Positions 7,834 through 18,552 of a DNA stretch of 64,000 nt are shown one piece after another (the stretch's first letter is position 1; each line of letters starts with the position of its first letter). The translations under genes and the position numbers were made by a program. Source of the stretch: Spirochaetia bacterium (lineage in GTDB: Bacteria > Spirochaetota > Spirochaetia > UBA9216); contig CAXXYH010000004.1 in assembly GCA_963677925.2 (NCBI GenBank), positions 1,568,001-1,632,000 on the forward strand, given 5' to 3'. Under the pieces are notes generated by a model. It was not told the origin of the DNA and ran no database searches. It was given only the letters and a program-made list of their open reading frames with translations.

Positions 7834-9516
7834 ATGGCAAACGAAGCTGAAAAGATCATATATTCAATGGTCGGGGTCAGTAAGACCATCAACCAGAAGG
7901 TCATTCTCAAGGACATTTACCTGTCCTATTTTTACGGGGCAAAGATTGGTGTACTTGGTTTAAACGGATCCGGTAAATCTACACTTCTAAAAATTCTTGC
8001 GGGAGTTGATAAGGAGATTCAGGGCGAAACTGTAATATCCGAGGGCTTCACCATAGGTTACCTGGAGCAGGAACCCTATCTTGATCCTGAAATGACCGTA
8101 AAAGAAATTGTACAGCAGGGGGTGCAGGAAACTGTTGATCTGCTGGCTGAGTATGACAGCATCAATGAGAAATTCGCCGAGCCGATGGATGATGATGAGA
8201 TGAACAAACTGCTGGAAAGGCAGGGTGTTGTACAGGACAGGCTGGAAGATCTCGGAGCCTGGGATCTCGATTCAAGGCTTGAAATGGCAATGGATGCGTT
8301 GAGATGTCCGCCTGAAGATGTTAAAACCGGGATTCTATCAGGTGGTGAGAAAAGACGTGTTGCCCTCTGTAGACTGCTTCTTCAGAAACCTGATATCCTG
8401 CTGCTTGATGAGCCGACCAACCATCTTGATGCTGAAACTGTAGGATGGCTTGAACAGCATCTTCAGAAATACGAGGGAACCGTAATTGCAGTAACGCACG
8501 ACAGGTATTTCCTTGATAACGTTGCCGGCTGGATTCTTGAGCTTGATCGCGGAAAGGGCATACCCTGGAAGGGTAACTATTCTTCATGGCTTGAGCAGAA
8601 GCAGCAGCGTCTGGCCCAGGAGGAGAAGCAGGAATCCGCCCGCCAGAAAACCCTGCAGAACGAGCTTGAATGGATTCGGATGAGTCCAAAGGGCCGTCAT
8701 GCCAAAGCCAAAGCCAGGATTAATTCCTATGAGCAGTTATTAAATCAGAATACATCTGAAAAGGAATCAAAACTTCAGATCTTCATTCCGCAGGGGCCGC
8801 GACTGGGTGACATCGTAATTGAGACTGAGGGACTTAAAAAATCATATGACGATAAAATACTCATCGAAGGGCTTGATATGTCTATTCCGCCAGGAGCAAT
8901 TATCGGAATCATCGGCCCCAACGGTGCAGGTAAAACAACCCTGTTCAGGATGATTACCGGCGCAGAGACTCCGGATGAGGGCAACATCACTGTAGGGCAG
9001 ACCGTAAAGATTGCCCATGTCGACCAGATGCGGGAAATCCTTGATCCGGACAAATCGGTCTGGGAGCAGATCTCCGGCGGACATGAAACAATGAAACTGG
9101 GAAACAGAGAGCTTAACTCCAGAGCCTATGCAGCTCAGTTTAATTTCCAGGGTGCTGACCAGCAGAAGAAGATAGGGGTTCTCTCCGGTGGAGAAAGGAA
9201 CCGGGTGCAGCTTGCACTGATGCTGAAGGAAGGTTCAAATCTTCTGCTTCTTGACGAACCGACTAACGACCTTGATGTTAATACGATAAGGGCACTCGAA
9301 GAAGCAATTAATTCCTATGCAGGCTGTGTTGCTGTTATAAGCCATGACCGCTGGTTTCTGGACAGAATTGCGACGCATATTCTTGCCTTTGAGGGTGACA
9401 GCCAGGTATTTTTCTTTGAGGGAAATTATACTGAATATGAAGAGAACCGTAAAAAACGTCTTGGAATTGAAGCGGACAGACCGCATAGAATTAAATACCG
9501 AAATCTTACACGTTAG
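7834..9516 (+). CDS. ettA: energy-dependent translational throttle protein EttA (ABC-F)
   Basis: GAKIGVLGLNGSGKST, two ABC domains, GNYSSWLEQK linker, LEWIRMSPKGRHAK, C-terminal PHRIKYR. Confidence 0.95.
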   Translation: MANEAEKIIYSMVGVSKTINQKVILKDIYLSYFYGAKIGVLGLNGSGKSTLLKILAGVDKEIQGETVISEGFTIGYLEQEPYLDPEMTVKEIVQQGVQETVDLLAEYDSINEKFAEPMDDDEMNKLLERQGVVQDRLEDLGAWDLDSRLEMAMDALRCPPEDVKTGILSGGEKRRVALCRLLLQKPDILLLDEPTNHLDAETVGWLEQHLQKYEGTVIAVTHDRYFLDNVAGWILELDRGKGIPWKGNYSSWLEQKQQRLAQEEKQESARQKTLQNELEWIRMSPKGRHAKAKARINSYEQLLNQNTSEKESKLQIFIPQGPRLGDIVIETEGLKKSYDDKILIEGLDMSIPPGAIIGIIGPNGAGKTTLFRMITGAETPDEGNITVGQTVKIAHVDQMREILDPDKSVWEQISGGHETMKLGNRELNSRAYAAQFNFQGADQQKKIGVLSGGERNRVQLALMLKEGSNLLLLDEPTNDLDVNTIRALEEAINSYAGCVAVISHDRWFLDRIATHILAFEGDSQVFFFEGNYTEYEENRKKRLGIEADRPHRIKYRNLTR

Positions 9517-11686
9517 AAATTTCAGCCGGGCTGTCGGAATGAAAGACAGTCCGGTTTTTACCTGAATTTTTTGCCGCATACATTGCTGCATCAGCCTTTC
9601 TTATAAGTTCTTCCATATTAACTTCATCATCAGGATAAATAGAGGCGCCTATGCTTGTTCCTACATTGTACTTAATATTTTTAAGAATGATGTCCGAGTG
9701 CACTGCTTCAATTATTTTATCAGCAACAGAACGTACATTTTCAACCGTTCCAATATTATAAATGACGGCAATAAATTCATCCCCGCCTATTCTGGCTACA
9801 GTATCCGAGGTTCTAAGGGCATTTTTAATTCTTTGAGATACTGTTTTCAGCAGCTCATCACCGGCATCATGGCCCAGGGTATCATTGACCTGCTTGAATG
9901 AATCAAGATCCATATAAAGTACGGCAAGTTTTGTACTGTCCCGATCTGCCATTTTTATTCCGTTTTTAATAAGCTCTCTTAACAGATGTCTGTTCGGTAA
10001 ATCTGTCAGGGCATCATGATTGGCCATGTGGCTGATTCTTCGGTAGGCAATTTCAAGATTAACCTTTTCATCAGTAACTATCTTGTTCAGCATATTAAGC
10101 TCCGTATGAGCCTTTGAATTATCCAGTGCTACAGCAATGAATGATGCAACCGCACCCAGAAGGTTAAGATTAGCTTCGGTATATGAGTGTTCAAATGTGC
10201 TCTGGACAGTCAGGCATCCGAGTATTTCCCTGCCGTGCAGTATAGGCAGAAATATTGCAGAGTTAATTTCAATATTGAAACGGTTTTTCCAGCCTTTGAT
10301 ATATTTTTCAGTTTCGGCTGTTGTCGAAAAAAGCACCGGTTTTTCGTTTGTAATGCACCAGACAGAGAGGCTTGTTTTGTCATCCATTTTAATAATCAGA
10401 GGCTGCATTCTCTTGCCGTTCTCAATGAAAAATTTCATTGTAAGGTTATTTTCTTTTCTATCCAGCAGCGCGATGCCGAAGGATGTCATCTCGAGAAATT
10501 CCCCCAGGCTTTCATAAGTCCGGTGAAGTATTTCTTCCGGATCAAGTGATGATGTAATTTCCCGGCCGATGCGGTTGATGATCTTGATTTCCTTATTTGA
10601 ACGTTCCATTTCAAGAAATCTCATCCGGTAGGATTCCTTCTCTGTTTCTGTATGCTCCGTCTCATAAAGAATTGAAATCTTTCTCAGTCTGTTTTTAAGC
10701 CCGTCGTTTTTCTGGATCTGTTCGAATTCGTAAAACCTCAGAAAATATTCGCAGGCCTTTTTAAAATCACCCAGGTGCCTGCTGATGTGAGCCCTGCGCT
10801 TCATGCAGCGTCTAAGCAGATCCTGCAGATTCAGTTTTACTGCAATTGATTCAGCATCATCAATAAAATTCAGGGCCTTATCAAAATCCTGTCTGATTAT
10901 CTTAATTTCTCCAAGCCGGTAAAAACATTCAGCCTTTCCGAATTCGTGACCAATATCTGAAAACAGTTTCAGTGCATTTTCAAGTTTCGTTTCTGCATCT
11001 TCGAGTTTGTTGCTGTGTATCTGAACTCTGGCGCTGCCCAGCATAGCTGATGCTGTTAATATCCCGAAGCTGCTTATACTGTCCGAATCAAGAACACTTT
11101 GAAAATATTCTGCAGCAGATTCCATATCATCGGAGTCGATGGCTGATTTACCCATGTTTATAGTAATCTCGGCTTTTAACACAGGGTTTTCAACATAGGC
11201 TGCGACATTCTGAGCCTGGTGAAAGTAGCGGAGGGCTTCTTCTGTATTGTTAATCATTCGATGGATATCGCCTATTGCATTCAGAGTCTGAGCCTGAATA
11301 TTGATATCCTGATGCATTTCGCTCTGTGTCAGTGAAATAAAGTATTGGTTTAGTGAAGATTCGTAATTGCCCTTGGAAAACTCAGCCCGGCCAAGTGCGT
11401 TGCGCGCCGCCATTTCTCCATGCAGACTCCTCCGGTCGGAATCAAGCCTGAAAAGATCAAGAGACTGTTCAAGATGAGGAATTGCCGCATCAGGATTACA
11501 CAAAATCAGGTAACAGGACCCTATATTCAGAAAAGCTTCCGCTCTGCCGTAGCTGTAATCATTTTTTTCAGCAAGATCGGCGTTCCGCTGCGCCTCTGGA
11601 ATATATTTTTCCGGTTCGTTTAGAAGATTTTGATGAATCTCGGCGTTCTGGTCATCAATTTGATGAAACACATCATTCACATTCAT
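9506..11686 (-). CDS. diguanylate cyclase, TPR-GAF-GGDEF
   Basis: N-terminal TPR-like repeats, GAF (ILGCLTVQS), HDALTDLPNR, DLDSFKQVND, RTSD I-site then ARIGGDEF. Confidence 0.92.
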   Translation of the reverse strand: MNVNDVFHQIDDQNAEIHQNLLNEPEKYIPEAQRNADLAEKNDYSYGRAEAFLNIGSCYLILCNPDAAIPHLEQSLDLFRLDSDRRSLHGEMAARNALGRAEFSKGNYESSLNQYFISLTQSEMHQDINIQAQTLNAIGDIHRMINNTEEALRYFHQAQNVAAYVENPVLKAEITINMGKSAIDSDDMESAAEYFQSVLDSDSISSFGILTASAMLGSARVQIHSNKLEDAETKLENALKLFSDIGHEFGKAECFYRLGEIKIIRQDFDKALNFIDDAESIAVKLNLQDLLRRCMKRRAHISRHLGDFKKACEYFLRFYEFEQIQKNDGLKNRLRKISILYETEHTETEKESYRMRFLEMERSNKEIKIINRIGREITSSLDPEEILHRTYESLGEFLEMTSFGIALLDRKENNLTMKFFIENGKRMQPLIIKMDDKTSLSVWCITNEKPVLFSTTAETEKYIKGWKNRFNIEINSAIFLPILHGREILGCLTVQSTFEHSYTEANLNLLGAVASFIAVALDNSKAHTELNMLNKIVTDEKVNLEIAYRRISHMANHDALTDLPNRHLLRELIKNGIKMADRDSTKLAVLYMDLDSFKQVNDTLGHDAGDELLKTVSQRIKNALRTSDTVARIGGDEFIAVIYNIGTVENVRSVADKIIEAVHSDIILKNIKYNVGTSIGASIYPDDEVNMEELIRKADAAMYAAKNSGKNRTVFHSDSPAEISNV

Positions 11687-11751
11687 TGTTTTTTATCCTA
11701 TGATTATAGCAAAAGTATTTTTAATTACCAAGCTGAATATCGGAGAAATTT

Positions 11752-14598
11752 ATGTACATGAAAAAAATCTGCACATTACTATTGTCATTACTGCTGGTTT
11801 TTATAATAGCAGGCTGTGTTACTCCATCTGAGACTGATAATGGAGCTCTATCCGGGGAGCAGAAGTCTGAAGGTACACTGCTTCCACTTGATCCCCTTGT
11901 CAGTACCGGAGTTCTTGATAACGGTCTTACCTGGTATGTCCGGAAAAACAGTGAGCCGGAGAACAGAGCCTCGCTGAGGCTGGTTGTAAACGCCGGTTCG
12001 GTCCTCGAAGAGGCTGACCAGCAGGGGCTTGCTCATTTCTGTGAGCATATGGCCTTTAACGGCACCGAGCATTTCGAAAAATCAGCCCTTGTAGATTATC
12101 TTGAATCAATAGGTATGGCCTTCGGTCCCGAAATCAATGCTTATACCAGCTTTGATGAGACAGTCTATATGCTCGAAATACCCACCGATGATGATGAAAT
12201 TATTCATAATGCCTTTCAGGTTCTTGAAGACTGGGCCCATCTTGTCAGCTATGAGGATGAAGAAATTGAACTTGAACGCGGAGTCATTCAGGAGGAATGG
12301 CGTCTGGGCCGCGGAGCTTCAGGCCGAATTATGGATAAGCTGATTCCCGCTCTTTTTAAGGGATCTGAGTATGCTGAAAGGCTTCCTATCGGGAAGATAG
12401 ATGTTGTGATGAACGCTCCTGCGCAGCGGCTGCGTGATTTTTATGAAAAATGGTACCGTCCGGAACTGATGTCAGTAGTAGTTGTCGGTGATATAGAACC
12501 CGAATATGCCGAAGAACTGGTAAAACAGTATTTTTCGTTTGAAGCTCCGGAGACCGGTTATGAACGCCCAGTAATGAGCATTCCGGTAAATACGGAAGAC
12601 AGCGTCTGCCTTATTCCCGACCCTGAGCTTCCCTATGCATCGGTTGAAATATCCGCAGCCACCGGAGCTCCTGCAAGTCAGAGCACAGATCTTGACTACC
12701 GCCGGATGCTTCTTGAGTCAATAACCTGGACAATGTTCAACTCAAGGCTCGATGAAGCCGCCAGATCACCCGAACCGCCTTTTATTGGCGCAGGCGGCGG
12801 AACCGGCAGCCTTGTCAGGGCGAGTGAGTCGGTAAGCTGTTATGCGTCGGCTGACACCGATTCAGTGGAAGCTGCACTTTCAGGAATAGTAACCGAGCTT
12901 GAGCGGGCAGGACGCTACGGCTTTACGTCCACCGAGCTTGATAGAACTAAGGCTGATTACCTTAGAAATATTGAAAAATACTACAGGGATCGCGATAACC
13001 TCCAGTCTTCCGGATTTGCCCGCGAGCTTGTCGACTATTACCTTGAGGGTGTATTTATGCCTGGCATTGCGGGTGAGTATGAGCTTTATCAGCGGTTTGT
13101 TCCGTCGATAAGCCTTGAGGAAATAAATGCCTATGCTTCAATGATGATGCCTGCAAAGGGAAGACTGGTAACTGTTGCATATCCGGAAGGCGCCTCAGTT
13201 CCTTCAGAAGATGAACTGCTTGCCATTCTTGAGGCCGCGCCGGATCTTGAAATCGAAGCCTATGTTGATGAACAGTCACAGGGTGAGCTTGTTTCCGAAG
13301 TTCCTGTGCCCGGTGCTGTTGAATCGGCAGCCGAGTTCCCGGAATCGGGAGCTGTGCTCCTTCATCTTTCCAACGGAGCTGATGTTGTTCTCAAGGATAC
13401 TGAGTTCAGAGAGGATGAAATCCTTTTCTCTGCTTTCAGTCATGGAGGACTATCCCTTGTTACTGATGAGGATTTTATTTCAGGAAGATATGCTCCGCTG
13501 CTTCAGTCACAGAGCGGACTGGGCGAATTTGATGCTGTAGCCCTGCAGAAAAAACTCGCAGGTACAACAGTTAAACTCAGCCCCTATATTGCATCAAATT
13601 CAGAGGGCTTCACCGGCAGTTTTTCACCCGAGGAATCAAAGACATTCTTTGAGCTCCTGTATCTGTATTTTGAACAGCCTCTTTTTGATGAAGCGGTTCG
13701 TCAGAACCTGAGTACCCGTCTTGAAAGCATCATAGAAAACCGCAAAGCTGATCCTTCAAATGTATTTTACGATCGGGTAGGGGAGATTCTTACAAATAAC
13801 GATTTCAGAAACCGGCCCCTGGACAGCACCAGCCTTCCGATGTTTCAGACCGAAGCTGCAGCCCGTGTATATGCCGATCGATTCAGCGGTGCTGATGACT
13901 TTGTGTTTGTTTTTACCGGAAATCTCCACAGCAGAAATATTCTTCAGGAGATTCTGACCTATGTCGGCGGCCTTCCTGCTGGAAATCCTGAAGAGTCTGC
14001 AGTAGATCTCGGAGTCCGCGCTCCGCAGGGGATTATTTCAGAGAAGGTTGTGAAAGGCCTCGATCCTCAAAGCCGTGTTGTTATTGTATTCAGCGGAGAG
14101 CTGGACCAATGGGATGAAAATACAGACCTGCAGCTTGATACTGCCGCCTCGGTTATGGAGACAATCCTCCGTGAACGAATCCGTGAACAGCTTTCCGGAA
14201 CATATCACATTGCAGTATCCGCCTCGCTGAAAAGGGTTCCGGCTGCCACCTGGCAGGTAAGCATCAACTTCGGATGTGAACCGGAAAGAGCTGATGAACT
14301 TGCCGCTGAAATATTCAGCACGATTTCTGATGTTTCAGCAGGAACTCTTGATGAAAACTATATCCTCCGTCAGGAGGAACAGTACAGAAGGGCTTTTGAA
14401 AAAGAAATTCTTGAGAACAGCTACTGGCTTGATCATCTGGAAACCGCAATAGCATTCGGTGACGATCCTGATGACCAGCTTACCCCTGAAGAATTCCGGG
14501 ATAAAATTAGTGCTGAAAGTATTGTTGAAACCGTGGAACAGTACTTTACTCCAGAATCCTATGTAATGGTCGAACTTCTTCCTGAGGCACAGGAATAG
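11752..14598 (+). CDS. M16 family zinc protease lipoprotein (PqqL-like)
   Basis: Lipobox IIAGC; GLAHFCEHMAFNGT (HxxEH); NAYTSFDETVY. Confidence 0.92.
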   Translation: MYMKKICTLLLSLLLVFIIAGCVTPSETDNGALSGEQKSEGTLLPLDPLVSTGVLDNGLTWYVRKNSEPENRASLRLVVNAGSVLEEADQQGLAHFCEHMAFNGTEHFEKSALVDYLESIGMAFGPEINAYTSFDETVYMLEIPTDDDEIIHNAFQVLEDWAHLVSYEDEEIELERGVIQEEWRLGRGASGRIMDKLIPALFKGSEYAERLPIGKIDVVMNAPAQRLRDFYEKWYRPELMSVVVVGDIEPEYAEELVKQYFSFEAPETGYERPVMSIPVNTEDSVCLIPDPELPYASVEISAATGAPASQSTDLDYRRMLLESITWTMFNSRLDEAARSPEPPFIGAGGGTGSLVRASESVSCYASADTDSVEAALSGIVTELERAGRYGFTSTELDRTKADYLRNIEKYYRDRDNLQSSGFARELVDYYLEGVFMPGIAGEYELYQRFVPSISLEEINAYASMMMPAKGRLVTVAYPEGASVPSEDELLAILEAAPDLEIEAYVDEQSQGELVSEVPVPGAVESAAEFPESGAVLLHLSNGADVVLKDTEFREDEILFSAFSHGGLSLVTDEDFISGRYAPLLQSQSGLGEFDAVALQKKLAGTTVKLSPYIASNSEGFTGSFSPEESKTFFELLYLYFEQPLFDEAVRQNLSTRLESIIENRKADPSNVFYDRVGEILTNNDFRNRPLDSTSLPMFQTEAAARVYADRFSGADDFVFVFTGNLHSRNILQEILTYVGGLPAGNPEESAVDLGVRAPQGIISEKVVKGLDPQSRVVIVFSGELDQWDENTDLQLDTAASVMETILRERIREQLSGTYHIAVSASLKRVPAATWQVSINFGCEPERADELAAEIFSTISDVSAGTLDENYILRQEEQYRRAFEKEILENSYWLDHLETAIAFGDDPDDQLTPEEFRDKISAESIVETVEQYFTPESYVMVELLPEAQE

Positions 14599-14627
14599 TT
14601 ATGATAATTCTGATTCGAAGTTTTTAT

Positions 14628-15365
14628 TCAGTTCATGGCCTTTCCGCATGCAGGACAGGCCGGGTTTTTTGAGAGCTCTATGCTTGTAAACTCCCATTCG
14701 GTTCCATCGAATATCAGCAGCCTGTTTTTCAGGCTGCTTTTTTTTGTGCAGAGATATTTTACTGCTTCTGTAGCCTGGATTGAACCGGTTATTCCGGCGG
14801 TAGAGCCCAGAATGGGTATGGGCTCTTTATTCCTGATGTCTTCAGGGAATATGCACCTCAGACAGGCTGTTTCAGGCGGCATGAGCATTGAAACCTGTCC
14901 TGCAAGCCCCCGGACTCCGCCGTGGAGAAGGGGAACTCTATACTTCATGGAGTAATCGTTTATAACATAACGGGTGGCAATATTGTCCAGGCAGTCTATT
15001 ATCAGATCACAGTTTGCTGCTGCTTCAGCAAGGCTGTCCGAAATATCTGCATTATATGCAATTATATTTATTTCAGGATTTATCCCTGTAAGTCTTTCGG
15101 AAGCCGAATCGGTTTTGGGAACGCCGATACCGGCTGTCCCGTGAAGAAGCTGCCGGTTAAGATTGGAGAGCTCTACCTTGTCATTATCGCATATAACAAT
15201 TGTTCCGACTCCGGCCGCGGCAAGGTACATGGAAACAGGACTTCCAAGCCCTCCTGCTCCGGCTATCATGACACGTGAATTTTTAAGCATCTCCTGATCA
15301 ATTCTAATTCCGTCATCCAGATGAAGCTGTCTTGAATACCGCTTAAGTTCATTTTCACTTAACAT
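14628..15365 (-). CDS. ThiF/MoeB/HesA family adenylyltransferase
   Basis: RYSRQ, GAGGLGS, ELSNLNRQ, CLRC and CPAC Zn motifs; AGGAG before ATG 15365. Confidence 0.92.
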   Translation of the reverse strand: MLSENELKRYSRQLHLDDGIRIDQEMLKNSRVMIAGAGGLGSPVSMYLAAAGVGTIVICDNDKVELSNLNRQLLHGTAGIGVPKTDSASERLTGINPEINIIAYNADISDSLAEAAANCDLIIDCLDNIATRYVINDYSMKYRVPLLHGGVRGLAGQVSMLMPPETACLRCIFPEDIRNKEPIPILGSTAGITGSIQATEAVKYLCTKKSSLKNRLLIFDGTEWEFTSIELSKNPACPACGKAMN

Positions 15366-15414
15366 ATGCCCACTCCTTCTTGATAATATAGCATGAACAG
15401 ACGATATTCTAAAT

Positions 15415-15615
15415 ATGAACAATGGATCTGCAGCACCGGAGCGGGCACCAAACTGTCTGAAATGTGAATACTTCAAGGTGAGCTGGGACCCGGCATTCCC
15501 CCGTTCCTGTACTATGTTCGGTTTTAAGGGGAAACAGCTTCCCTCGGTATCACTGTATCAGGCAACAGGAAAGCACTGTCCCTCGTTCGTTAAATCGTCA
15601 AGAATACGTGACTGA
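15415..15615 (+). CDS. small Cys-rich protein (CxxC..WD..FP..C..FGFK family)
   Basis: CLKCEYFKVSWDPAFPRSCTMFGFKG..LP..G..CP pattern; 66 aa. Confidence 0.7.
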   Translation: MNNGSAAPERAPNCLKCEYFKVSWDPAFPRSCTMFGFKGKQLPSVSLYQATGKHCPSFVKSSRIRD

Positions 15616-15731
15616 AGGCTTTTCATGAAAACCCATAAGCATTATAATCTGAAAGCTTGAATAACCCTAAATTTTTGGTAAACATTTAAAAAACTGCAGT
15701 TTTTAAATGTAGCCTTTGTACGGAGTCTGTT

Positions 15732-16175
15732 TTGCAGGAACTGATAGTAAACAAGGCATTATTGACAGTTTTAATAGCTCTTGTTTCCGCACAGGTGCTA
15801 AAGGTCCTTACTGTCCTTATTTCCGAACGGACACTTAAGGTTTCCAGGCTGAGGGGAACCGGAGGGATGCCTTCATCGCATTCTGCCGCAGTAACGGCGC
15901 TTGCAACCGCGGTCGGAATGACCGAGGGCCTGGGCAGTCCGGAATTTGCCATTGCAACTGTTCTTGCGGTAGTTGTAATGTATGATGCATGCGGAATCAG
16001 ACGTGCTGCAGGCGAGCATGCCAAACTTATCAACGAGCTGACAAGCCAGCTAGAGAGTCTTTTCAAGGACGGATTTGAGCCTAAAACACTTGGAACCCTG
16101 CTCGGTCATACTCTGCCGCAGGTTTTTTTCGGCGGCCTTCTTGGAATACTTATCGCACTTTTAATGTATTTATAA
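15732..16175 (+). CDS. divergent PAP2 family protein (DUF212)
   Basis: TGGMPSSHSA, VMYDACGIRRAAGEHA and LGHT motifs. Confidence 0.9.
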   Translation: MQELIVNKALLTVLIALVSAQVLKVLTVLISERTLKVSRLRGTGGMPSSHSAAVTALATAVGMTEGLGSPEFAIATVLAVVVMYDACGIRRAAGEHAKLINELTSQLESLFKDGFEPKTLGTLLGHTLPQVFFGGLLGILIALLMYL

Positions 16176-16200
16176 CGAAATATCTTGGAGGATATTATAT

Positions 16201-17310
16201 ATGGGTCTTAACTGCGGGATAGTCGGACTTCCGAATGTCGGAAAATCTACTATTTTTTCTGCTCTTACATCTGCACCTGCGGAAGCAGCTAATTATCCGT
16301 TCTGTACGATCGATCCGAATGTCGGAATCGTAAATGTACCTGATGAACGGCTTGAAAAAATATCTGAAATTATCATACCTGCCAAAAAGATTCCGGCTGT
16401 AGTCGAATTCGTAGACATTGCCGGTCTTGTAAAGGGAGCTTCAAAGGGCGAGGGGCTTGGCAATCAGTTCCTGTCCCACATAAGGCAGGTAGGTGTAATT
16501 ATTCATGTCGTCAGATGTTTTGAGGATGAGGATATTACCCACGTAAGCGGTAAAATCGATCCTGCATCTGATATTGAAACAATCAATATCGAACTTGCCC
16601 TGGCCGACCTTTCAACCGTCGAAAAAAGGCTTGAGAAATCTGCAAAGAATCTCCGCTCACCGGACAAAGACATAGTAAAGAAAACAACCCTGATTCTTCC
16701 CGCCCTTGAAAAACTCAGGGATGCGCTTTCTGAGGGAACACCGGCCAGAGCTGTTGAGCTGACCGAAGATCAGCTGGAAGCTGTAAAGGAGCTTCAGCTT
16801 ATTACCATGAAAAAACAGATGTATCTCTGCAATGTTGACGAAGCCGGTCTTGCCGATGAGAACGACTACGTTAAGGCTGTTAAGGATATAGCCGCTGCTG
16901 AAGAAACCGAGGTTGAGGTTATCTGCGGCGCTCTTGAAGCTGATATTGCCGCACTGGAAACCGATGAGGAGAAAGCTGAGTTTCTGCAGGAGGCCGGGCT
17001 TGAAGAATCGGGGCTTGCAAGGCTTATTCACAAGGCCTACGCTGCACTCGGGCTTCGAACTTACTTTACTGCCGGAACCGATGAAAACCGGGCCTGGACT
17101 TTTAAAGCCGGAGCTCTCGCTCCCGAAGCTGCAGGTGTAATTCATACCGATTTTCAGAAAGGTTTTATCAAGGCTGAAGTCTATCACTGCGACGACCTCT
17201 TTTCTCTCGGTTCAGAAGACGCAATAAGAAAGGCAGGAAAGCTCAGACAGGAAGGAAAAAACTACATTGTCAAAGACGGCGATGTAATGCACTTTAAGTT
17301 TAACGTCTAA
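16201..17310 (+). CDS. ychF: redox-regulated ATPase YchF
   Basis: [44 protein letters not shown]-terminal FKFNV. Confidence 0.97.
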   Translation: MGLNCGIVGLPNVGKSTIFSALTSAPAEAANYPFCTIDPNVGIVNVPDERLEKISEIIIPAKKIPAVVEFVDIAGLVKGASKGEGLGNQFLSHIRQVGVIIHVVRCFEDEDITHVSGKIDPASDIETINIELALADLSTVEKRLEKSAKNLRSPDKDIVKKTTLILPALEKLRDALSEGTPARAVELTEDQLEAVKELQLITMKKQMYLCNVDEAGLADENDYVKAVKDIAAAEETEVEVICGALEADIAALETDEEKAEFLQEAGLEESGLARLIHKAYAALGLRTYFTAGTDENRAWTFKAGALAPEAAGVIHTDFQKGFIKAEVYHCDDLFSLGSEDAIRKAGKLRQEGKNYIVKDGDVMHFKFNV

Positions 17311-17389
17311 TCAAACTTTAAACTCGGTTAGTTTAAAGTTTGATTTTTAGTTATTTAAAATCCCATCGCCGATAGGATTCTAAATAACT
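17309..17389 (+). terminator. tandem hairpins downstream of ychF
   Basis: Perfect 16-bp stem AATCAAACTTTAAACT/AGTTTAAAGTTTGATT, then imperfect AGTTATTTA..TAAATAACT stem. Confidence 0.6.
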
Positions 17390-17460
17390 CAATTACATTT
17401 AAGGTAAGCAGATAAAAAGTCACTGACTTTTTATTTGCATTTAGTGTTTAGGGGAGCCTG

Positions 17461-18552
17461 GTGCTGTACAGGGAATATGGAAATACCGGAAAGAAGCTCT
17501 CGGTTATTGGTTTTGGAGGCATGCGCTTCGAAAACACCCGGGAGCTGGAAAAGTCCGCTGAAATGCTTTTGTATGCTTCGGAGCTCGGAATAAATTACTT
17601 CGATACAGCGCCTGCCTATCTTCATGGAAAATCTGAAAAAATATTCGGCCTTGCCTTTGAGCAAATGAACAGCTCGGGACAGGATTTCTATGTTTCTTCA
17701 AAGAGTGCCGCCTCAAAACCTTCAGTGATTCGTGAAGATTTGGAACATTCTCTTTCCCGAATGAAGCTTGATAAGCTCGACTTTTTCCATGTCTGGTGTG
17801 TCATGTCTCCTGAAGATTTTGAAAAACGAAGGCTTGCCGGTGTCCTTGAGGAGTTTCGCAAGATTCGTGAAGAAGGTCTTGCTGAGCATATCTGCATCTC
17901 GACTCATATGAACGGAGGCGAGATCAGAGATATGCTTGCAGAAGAAGAGTTTGACGGTATTACCCTCGGGTATTCAGCTGTCAACTTTCCTTTCCGTGAG
18001 GACGGGCTTCGGGCTGCTGCTGAAAAAAATATGGGCGTTGTTATCATGAATCCCCTCGGCGGCGGCACCATCGTAAATAATCCCGATGCCTTCTCCTTTC
18101 TGAAAAGCAGCCCTGAAGAAAACATTGTCGACAGTGCCCTGCATTTTCTGCTTTCCGATCCGGCAATAACAACAGCTCTGGTCGGCTTCGGCAGAAAAGA
18201 ACACATAAGCCGGGCAGCTGCGGCTGTTGAGAGTTTCAAAGCCGGAAAACCGGCTGAAATCGAAGCACTTAAGCTGAAAATCCAGGATGAATTCCAGAGC
18301 CTCTGCACAAGCTGCGGCTACTGCAATGTATGTCCCGAAGATATTAAGGTCTGGGCATATATGGAAGCCTATAACCATGTTATACTCAAGAGTCCTGAGA
18401 CAGCGGAACAGCGTGTCCGCTGGCACTGGCATGTGAGTATGAATGATCTTGAAAAATGTATAGAATGCGGCCGCTGTGAAGATGTCTGTACACAGCATCT
18501 TCCAATTATCGAAAGGTTCGGTCTGCTTAAAAAAGAATCAGGAGGCAAATGA
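17461..18552 (+). CDS. aldo/keto reductase with C-terminal 4Fe-4S domain
   Basis: GFGGMRF, GINYFDTAPAY, IMNPLGGG; CTSCGYCNVCP and CIECGRCEDVCTQ. Confidence 0.9.
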   Translation: MLYREYGNTGKKLSVIGFGGMRFENTRELEKSAEMLLYASELGINYFDTAPAYLHGKSEKIFGLAFEQMNSSGQDFYVSSKSAASKPSVIREDLEHSLSRMKLDKLDFFHVWCVMSPEDFEKRRLAGVLEEFRKIREEGLAEHICISTHMNGGEIRDMLAEEEFDGITLGYSAVNFPFREDGLRAAAEKNMGVVIMNPLGGGTIVNNPDAFSFLKSSPEENIVDSALHFLLSDPAITTALVGFGRKEHISRAAAAVESFKAGKPAEIEALKLKIQDEFQSLCTSCGYCNVCPEDIKVWAYMEAYNHVILKSPETAEQRVRWHWHVSMNDLEKCIECGRCEDVCTQHLPIIERFGLLKKESGGK

